This document shows positions 7,067 through 11,704 of a stretch of DNA of 11,704 bases, piece by piece. The DNA lies in assembly GCA_029856525.1 (NCBI GenBank), contig JAHQXC010000040.1, forward strand, positions 1-11,704, given 5' to 3'. The stretch's first letter is position 1. Each line of letters starts with the position of its first letter. Source of the DNA: Candidatus Odinarchaeia archaeon (GTDB lineage: Archaea; Asgardarchaeota; Odinarchaeia; Odinarchaeales; Odinarchaeaceae). The notes beneath the pieces are model-generated. The model ran no database searches and was not told where the DNA came from. It saw nothing but the letters and a program-made list of their open reading frames with translations. The position numbers were made by a program, and so were the translations under genes.

Positions 7067-8275
7067 TTGGAGTATCCTTTCGGAAAAGTGTTGGAGGATT
7101 ACCCGCTTATCTCAGATAAAAAAGTGATATACTTAGATTCAGCTACTAAAACACTTCCACCTTTAAAAATAATGGAAGAAATCAAACAATACTATGTTGA
7201 AATAGGTGTCTCCCCCAGGAGAGGCGCGCATCATCTCTCAGTATACGCTGAAAGAGAGTTAGAGGAAGCTAGATCGAAGATAGCGGGATTAATCAACGCT
7301 AGAAGCGAGAATATTATTTTCACTCCTAGTGTACCATTCAGCGCGGCTACTTTAATTTCAGGATACCCTTGGAAGCCCGGTGATAAAATATTAATCAGCG
7401 AGGCTGAGCATAACTCGATCCTCGCCCCAGCGCTGCAAGCTAAGAATAGATTCAGATTAAACCATATAATACTCAGATTAGATAACAGCTTAAAATTGGA
7501 TTTAGAGGATCTTAAGAATAAAATAAACAGGGATTGTAAAATTCTTCTAGCAACACTTACACCAATGATATTAGGCGTAAATAATTCTCTAAACGAGATT
7601 TCGAAAATAGCTCATGAGTATAATTGTTATGTGATTTCTGATGCGACTCGCGCTGTAATCCACCAGGAAGTTGATTTTAACAAACTAGGCTGCGATGCAT
7701 TGATTTTCTCAGGTTGTATAGGCTTACCTGGCTTAGAAGGGACTAGCGTGATATGCGCTAAAAAAGAGTTATTAGAGATGATAGAGCCGTTAACACCCGG
7801 CAGCGGTTCTATAAGGGAGGCGTCATATAATGAGTATAAAAATAATCCCCTCCCGGATAAATTAGAGGCTGGATTAATCAACATGAGCTCCATTATCAGC
7901 TTGAAAGAAGCTGTAAAATATATTGAAAATATCGGTCTTGAAAAAATCCGCGTATACAATTTAAAACTTGCAAATATGATATATGAAGAGTTAAAAAATA
8001 TGAAAGGGATTAGATTATACGGGCCGAGGGAGGGGAGGCTAGAGGCGCCTATCGTAAGCTTTAATATCGAAGGATTTAACAGTCACGACATATCAATATT
8101 TTTAGATGAAACCAATAAGATAATAACACGCTCCGGCATGCAATGCAGCTATCTCCTCTCATATAAAATTAATGAGAAAGGTGTAGTTCAAGTATCACCT
8201 CATTACTATAATACACCTGAGCATGCGAGTAGTCTAATAAATACACTAAATTTAATAATAAGCGAATTATCTTAA
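7067..8275 (+). CDS. Class V aminotransferase / SufS-like cysteine desulfurase homolog, probably catalytically degenerate
   Basis: YLDSAT, EAEHNS, ISDA, EAG, RSGMQC and HYYNT place it in the SufS/CsdA family, but the SGHK motif reads SGCI. TTG at 7067 is preferred over the track's GTG at 7058 because AGGTGA (7056-7061) is a well-spaced SD. Confidence 0.85.
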   Translation: MEYPFGKVLEDYPLISDKKVIYLDSATKTLPPLKIMEEIKQYYVEIGVSPRRGAHHLSVYAERELEEARSKIAGLINARSENIIFTPSVPFSAATLISGYPWKPGDKILISEAEHNSILAPALQAKNRFRLNHIILRLDNSLKLDLEDLKNKINRDCKILLATLTPMILGVNNSLNEISKIAHEYNCYVISDATRAVIHQEVDFNKLGCDALIFSGCIGLPGLEGTSVICAKKELLEMIEPLTPGSGSIREASYNEYKNNPLPDKLEAGLINMSSIISLKEAVKYIENIGLEKIRVYNLKLANMIYEELKNMKGIRLYGPREGRLEAPIVSFNIEGFNSHDISIFLDETNKIITRSGMQCSYLLSYKINEKGVVQVSPHYYNTPEHASSLINTLNLIISELS

Positions 8276-8291
8276 ATCTGAAGAGAGTTAA

Positions 8292-8391
8292 GCGGGGGTA
8301 GCCAAGCGGACTACGGCGCAAGCCTTGAGCTGTTTAAAGACAGCTTGTGATCCATTGGATCGCGCGGGTTCGAATCCCGCCCCCCGCGCCA
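8292..8391 (+). tRNA. tRNA-Ser(TGA) with a 12-nt intron at 37/38 (8330-8341) and encoded CCA
   Basis: Acceptor GCGGGGG/CCCCCGC; D-stem GCC/GGC; anticodon stem CAAGC/GCTTG with loop CT-TGA-G|A after removing CTGTTTAAAGAC; long variable arm GATCC-ATT-GGATC; T-arm GCGGG-TTCGAAT-CCCGC; discriminator G plus CCA. Confidence 0.9.
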
Positions 8392-8476
8392 TAGAATGAA
8401 GTATGCATATGCAATAGTGAGCGTTAAGTGAAAGAATCGTTAATAATTAATAAAAAAGCTATTTTAAACATTTTTA

Positions 8477-9166
8477 ATGAAGATAAATAAAGAGGGTCTT
8501 AAAATAAAGCCGGTTATCAGTGAAAAAAATATTTTAAAATTAAAACAACTTCTTATAAAACTTTCAAAAAATATTCGACTCCAAGATGAAATCCCTACAC
8601 CGTTAAAAAACATTATGGGAGTTGATGTCGCATATAAAGAGGAGAGAGCGTTAACGGTAGGTGTATTATTCAGCTGGCCTGAATTAAAGCATCAGAACAC
8701 TTTTTACAGAGTTGATAACGTTCACTTCCCTTATATTCCAACGCTCCTATCCTTCAGGGAGGGGACGCTTATCATTAGATTTCTAAAAAATCTTCCTTTA
8801 AAACCTGATCTATTAATGGTTAACGCTCACGGTATAGCTCACCCGTTTCAATGCGGCTGCGCATCATATATAGGGTTATTAACAGATACACCGAGCATCG
8901 GCGTAGCTAAAAAGATAATATGCGGTGAACTAACAAAATGTGAAGAGGGAAAAAATATTGCATATTTAAGATTTAATAATAAAATTATAGGCGCTGTTTT
9001 AAATCCTGGTAAAAGATCAAAAGAAATAGTAGTATCCGCTGGCCACCGGGTCTCCCTAGAAACCGCGATAGAAATAACTTTAAACACTCTTAGAGGTTAC
9101 CGGCTTCCAATAATATTAGAGGACGCTCATAGAAAGGCAACCGAGCTATCAGCTGAAAAGCTCTAA
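8477..9166 (+). CDS. nfi: Endonuclease V (deoxyinosine 3'-endonuclease) homolog
   Basis: MGVDVAY, FPYIPTLLSFRE (PYIP wedge plus catalytic Glu), HGIAHP, SIGVAK, VSAGHRVSL, C-terminal DAH. The second catalytic Asp reads Asn (VNAHG). Confidence 0.92.
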   Translation: MKINKEGLKIKPVISEKNILKLKQLLIKLSKNIRLQDEIPTPLKNIMGVDVAYKEERALTVGVLFSWPELKHQNTFYRVDNVHFPYIPTLLSFREGTLIIRFLKNLPLKPDLLMVNAHGIAHPFQCGCASYIGLLTDTPSIGVAKKIICGELTKCEEGKNIAYLRFNNKIIGAVLNPGKRSKEIVVSAGHRVSLETAIEITLNTLRGYRLPIILEDAHRKATELSAEKL

Positions 9167-9249
9167 ATGACATCCTATTCTATTGAAATAGGTTAAACTC
9201 CACCTAGCATTTAACTACAAAAATTTTTAGCTGGGAAGATAATTATTAA

Positions 9250-9257
9250 TTTTAAAA
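9250..9257 (+). promoter_or_regulatory. Putative TATA box for the C/D sRNA
   Basis: TTTTAAAA about 26-33 nt upstream of the sRNA 5' stem at 9283. Confidence 0.35.
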
Positions 9258-9282
9258 TACTAATCCTCTTATTATTTAAACT

Positions 9283-9366
9283 CGGGCGTTCACTATCGGT
9301 GAGGAATCTGACCCCTATGAGCTGGGCGATGATTACGATCTTGAGTTCTGAGGTAATGAACGCCCG
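9283..9366 (+). ncRNA. Box C/D methylation-guide sRNA
   Basis: Perfect 10-bp terminal stem CGGGCGTTCA/TGAACGCCCG, a 1x1 mismatch, then a 4-bp stem TATC/GGTA. Box C GTGAGGA (9299-9305), D' ATGA (9317-9320), C' GCGATGA (9326-9332), D CTGA (9348-9351). K-turn geometry is canonical: 3-nt bulge GGU followed by tandem G-A pairs. Confidence 0.8.
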
Positions 9367-9465
9367 TCGCATTCTATAATATTTAACTTAAAATTTTTAC
9401 TTACAGTTAAGTCTCTCCCTTTTTATTAACTAATAATTTTATTCTTAATCCATGAGGGGTCTTAT

Positions 9466-10662
9466 TTGGAAGTTGACATGCTCGAAGGCAGATTTCAAAG
9501 AGCCAGCTTGTTTAAAGATGAAAGCAAGCTTTCAGTTTTCTACGTGCCGGAGAGCTTACCCCACCGGGAGAATGAATTACGCCAGCTTTTAAACACATTT
9601 AAGCCTATTATAGATTCCCCTGGAATAATCAATCGAATTGTTTTAATCACCGGTCCTGTTGGAACTGGGAAAACCGCGGTAGCTAAAAAAGCAGGGATGC
9701 TATTATGCGATGCTGCTAAACGGAGAGGAGTGAACTTAAACTACGTGCATATAAACTGTAGAAGAGAGAAAACCAATTTTCTAATATTATTACAATTAGC
9801 CCGTTCTATTATTCCAAGTATACCTAACAGAGGTTATTCCCCAGCCGAGTTATTAAATATAATAGTAGAATCGATAAAAGATAAAGACGCCTCAATAATT
9901 CTAGTATTAGATGAAATAGACTATGTAATAAACACATCCGGTGAAGAGTTAATATATGATTTAACGCGCGTTAACGATGAAAAATTAAACGGTAAACAGC
10001 CGTTATCGATAATACTCATCTCTAAAAATGATAATTTTCAAGCAATGCTAGATGAAAGCATTCTTAGCCTGATACCGCCTTTAAATATTAAATTCCACCC
10101 TTATACAGCTCTCCAGCTTGAGAGTATACTTGAAGCGCGAGTTAAAGAAGCGTTCTACCCATCCACTATAAGCCCCGGGGTTATAAGTCTTATCGCAGAT
10201 ATAGCTTCAGAGTGGGGGGATGCCAGGTACGCTCTTGAACTTCTTTGGAGAGCTGGAAAATATGCTGAAGAAGAGGGGGTTTTCAAGATTTTCCCAGAGC
10301 ATGTTAGGAAGGCTAGAGCGGACACCTGCCCGGAGATTAGTAAAGAGTTTATATTAAGTCTTGATAGAAACGATAAGCTAATACTTTTAGCTATAACTAG
10401 AAGCTTGACTAGAAGCGGCGCGGCTTACGCTCCGATCGGGTTAATCGAAAGAGTATACCGCCTCATATGCGAGGAATACTCTGAGAGGCCTAGATCACAT
10501 ACACAAATATGGGAGAGAGTGAGAGTTCTAAGCAGAATAGGCTTGATAACTACAAGGATCACCGGTAAAGGAGCGCGCGGTAAAAGTACAATTATAGGAT
10601 TGGAGGAGATACCGGCGGAAGTTTTAGAAAAAGAATTAACAGGATGGTTGAAAAATGAATAG
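9466..10662 (+). CDS. cdc6: Orc1/Cdc6 family replication initiator
   Basis: YVPESLPHRE, Walker A GPVGTGKT, YVHINC, Walker B LVLDEID, FHPYTALQL, sensor II GDARYAL, C-terminal winged helix. TTG start has GAGGGG upstream; ATG at 9478 is an alternative. Confidence 0.96.
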   Translation: MEVDMLEGRFQRASLFKDESKLSVFYVPESLPHRENELRQLLNTFKPIIDSPGIINRIVLITGPVGTGKTAVAKKAGMLLCDAAKRRGVNLNYVHINCRREKTNFLILLQLARSIIPSIPNRGYSPAELLNIIVESIKDKDASIILVLDEIDYVINTSGEELIYDLTRVNDEKLNGKQPLSIILISKNDNFQAMLDESILSLIPPLNIKFHPYTALQLESILEARVKEAFYPSTISPGVISLIADIASEWGDARYALELLWRAGKYAEEEGVFKIFPEHVRKARADTCPEISKEFILSLDRNDKLILLAITRSLTRSGAAYAPIGLIERVYRLICEEYSERPRSHTQIWERVRVLSRIGLITTRITGKGARGKSTIIGLEEIPAEVLEKELTGWLKNE

Positions 10663-10975
10663 GACGACCGCTAGAAGTGAATGTGAAAGCGAAAAATATT
10701 TCCAGTCAACAATCCAGATAGAGGATTTATTCGCTTCTAAAGGACGGGTTAAAATACTAAAAATTTTAGTAGAAGAAGGGGAGCTTAACATCTCTGAAAT
10801 AGGTAGAAGAGCCCGCCTCAATTACGGTACAACAGTTCAACACCTTGAATTCTTATGTAAAACAGGGATAATACAGGAAAAAAACTTTGGGAGGATAAGA
10901 ATATACCGGTTGAAAGAAGAAGATATCAGAGCTAGAGCTCTTAGAAGTTTTTTCTCTCTCTGGTATAATCAATAA
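10655..10975 (+). CDS. Small ArsR-like winged-helix DNA-binding protein
   Basis: DLFASKGRVKILKILVEEGELNISEIGRRARLNYGTTVQHLEFLCKTGIIQEKNFGRIRIYRL is a typical wHTH. It overlaps the cdc6 stop by 8 nt (ATGAATAG). Confidence 0.85.
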   Translation: MNRTTARSECESEKYFQSTIQIEDLFASKGRVKILKILVEEGELNISEIGRRARLNYGTTVQHLEFLCKTGIIQEKNFGRIRIYRLKEEDIRARALRSFFSLWYNQ

Positions 10976-11018
10976 GCGGTGTTTAAATTAATTTTCGATC
11001 ACAAGTATAAGGGTAGAG

Positions 11019-11704
11019 TTGAAAAAAAGCAGGCGTTTACTCTTCCTATTAATTCTTATTCTAACCACACTCAACTTTACACCGTTAAAAATAGTGAAAT
11101 CTACACCTTACCAAATATATAATTACGGTGTCGGTGTCAGTCCTCTACCAGCCGAGGTAGGGATGAATATCTCTATTATAGGAGGATACACGCTTAAATA
11201 TACTCCGCAGATAGAGGAGGGTTACGCTATATTCAGGCTTAGAAACACTACGCAAATAATATTCGAAAAAGTTTACACTGAGCCCGCAGATTATATTGAA
11301 AGAATAGTAAACTTCACGCTCTCCCCGGAAAGCTGGGCTCCAGGCCGTTCAGGAGCATTAGGCATCGCCCAATTAGATCTAGTTATTAAAACAGGCGGCG
11401 AAATCTTCACAGATAACTCGACTGTTTACTTTTACGTTCAAAGAGCTTCACCCTCATGCGAGCTTAAAAATTTAAAGATCGTAGAAGGGGGATACATTAA
11501 AGCAACACTTGAATTATATAACAGCTATAACTCTGACTACAAGGTAAGCGGTATATTAGTTAACACTCAGATCACTGTTAACTCTCAGATAATTGCGGAG
11601 AATATTTCGCTAACCGATTTAAACGGATTATTCAATATATATTTCAAGCATGTGGAAGGTGTAGAAAAATATAATATTAGAGTTATCACAGGTGAAAGCG
11701 AGCA
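11019..11704 (+). CDS. Secreted/surface beta-rich protein, 3'-truncated by the window edge (at least 228 aa)
   Basis: Manual translation from TTG 11019 (MKKSRRLLFLLILILTTLNFTPLKIVKS...) is open to the end of the window. It has a basic n-region and hydrophobic h-region signal peptide, beta-strand-like composition and six N-x-S/T sequons. Not in the ORF track. Confidence 0.8.
   Translation, partial: MKKSRRLLFLLILILTTLNFTPLKIVKSTPYQIYNYGVGVSPLPAEVGMNISIIGGYTLKYTPQIEEGYAIFRLRNTTQIIFEKVYTEPADYIERIVNFTLSPESWAPGRSGALGIAQLDLVIKTGGEIFTDNSTVYFYVQRASPSCELKNLKIVEGGYIKATLELYNSYNSDYKVSGILVNTQITVNSQIIAENISLTDLNGLFNIYFKHVEGVEKYNIRVITGESE

Noticed and set aside
7627-7959. 110-aa minus-strand ORF from the track
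   Set aside because: Antisense to the SufS-like gene; no motifs or expression signals.
8292-8391. Reading the tRNA as Leu (GAG) because of the Leu-like acceptor stem
   Set aside because: The anticodon-stem register CAAGC/GCTTG puts TGA at 34-36, and the discriminator is G (Ser) rather than A (Leu).
8848-9087. 79-aa minus-strand ORF from the track
   Set aside because: Antisense to endonuclease V; shadow ORF.
9167-9465. Possible replication origin (ORB elements) upstream of cdc6
   Set aside because: The region is AT-rich, but the best ORB-like string (TTCTATTGAAAT near 9178-9189) is a weak single match with no G-string or repeated copies, and the GC-rich part is explained by the C/D sRNA.
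10636-10821. 61-aa minus-strand ORF from the track
   Set aside because: Antisense to the cdc6/wHTH junction; shadow ORF.
1-11704. CRISPR array, transposase, or integrated element at the tRNA
   Set aside because: No regularly spaced repeats, transposase/integrase motifs or duplicated tRNA 3' end were seen; flanking genes are housekeeping.

Overview
AT-rich archaeal chromosomal window, most likely Asgard-type (inference from an MglA/roadblock GTPase module among archaeal housekeeping genes; lineage not provable here). In order: a partial coiled-coil gene running off the left edge (minus strand, missed by the ORF track); a stand-alone A/V-type ATP synthase subunit B; a 527-aa tandem Lrp/AsnC-like regulator; a 31-aa small ORF with SD and terminator (not in the track); a minus-strand operon of tandem-roadblock protein, putative DENN-like protein and MglA-type GTPase; a SufS-like protein lacking its PLP lysine; an intron-containing tRNA-Ser(TGA); endonuclease V with a catalytic Asp-to-Asn change; a box C/D sRNA predicted to methylate C34 of tRNA-Leu(CAA); cdc6/orc1 overlapping a small wHTH gene; and a partial secreted protein at the right edge. 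No CRISPR array or mobile element was seen. Strongest leads: the roadblock/DENN-like/MglA module, the C/D sRNA, the two apparent pseudo-enzymes and the beta-thymosin-like micropeptide.
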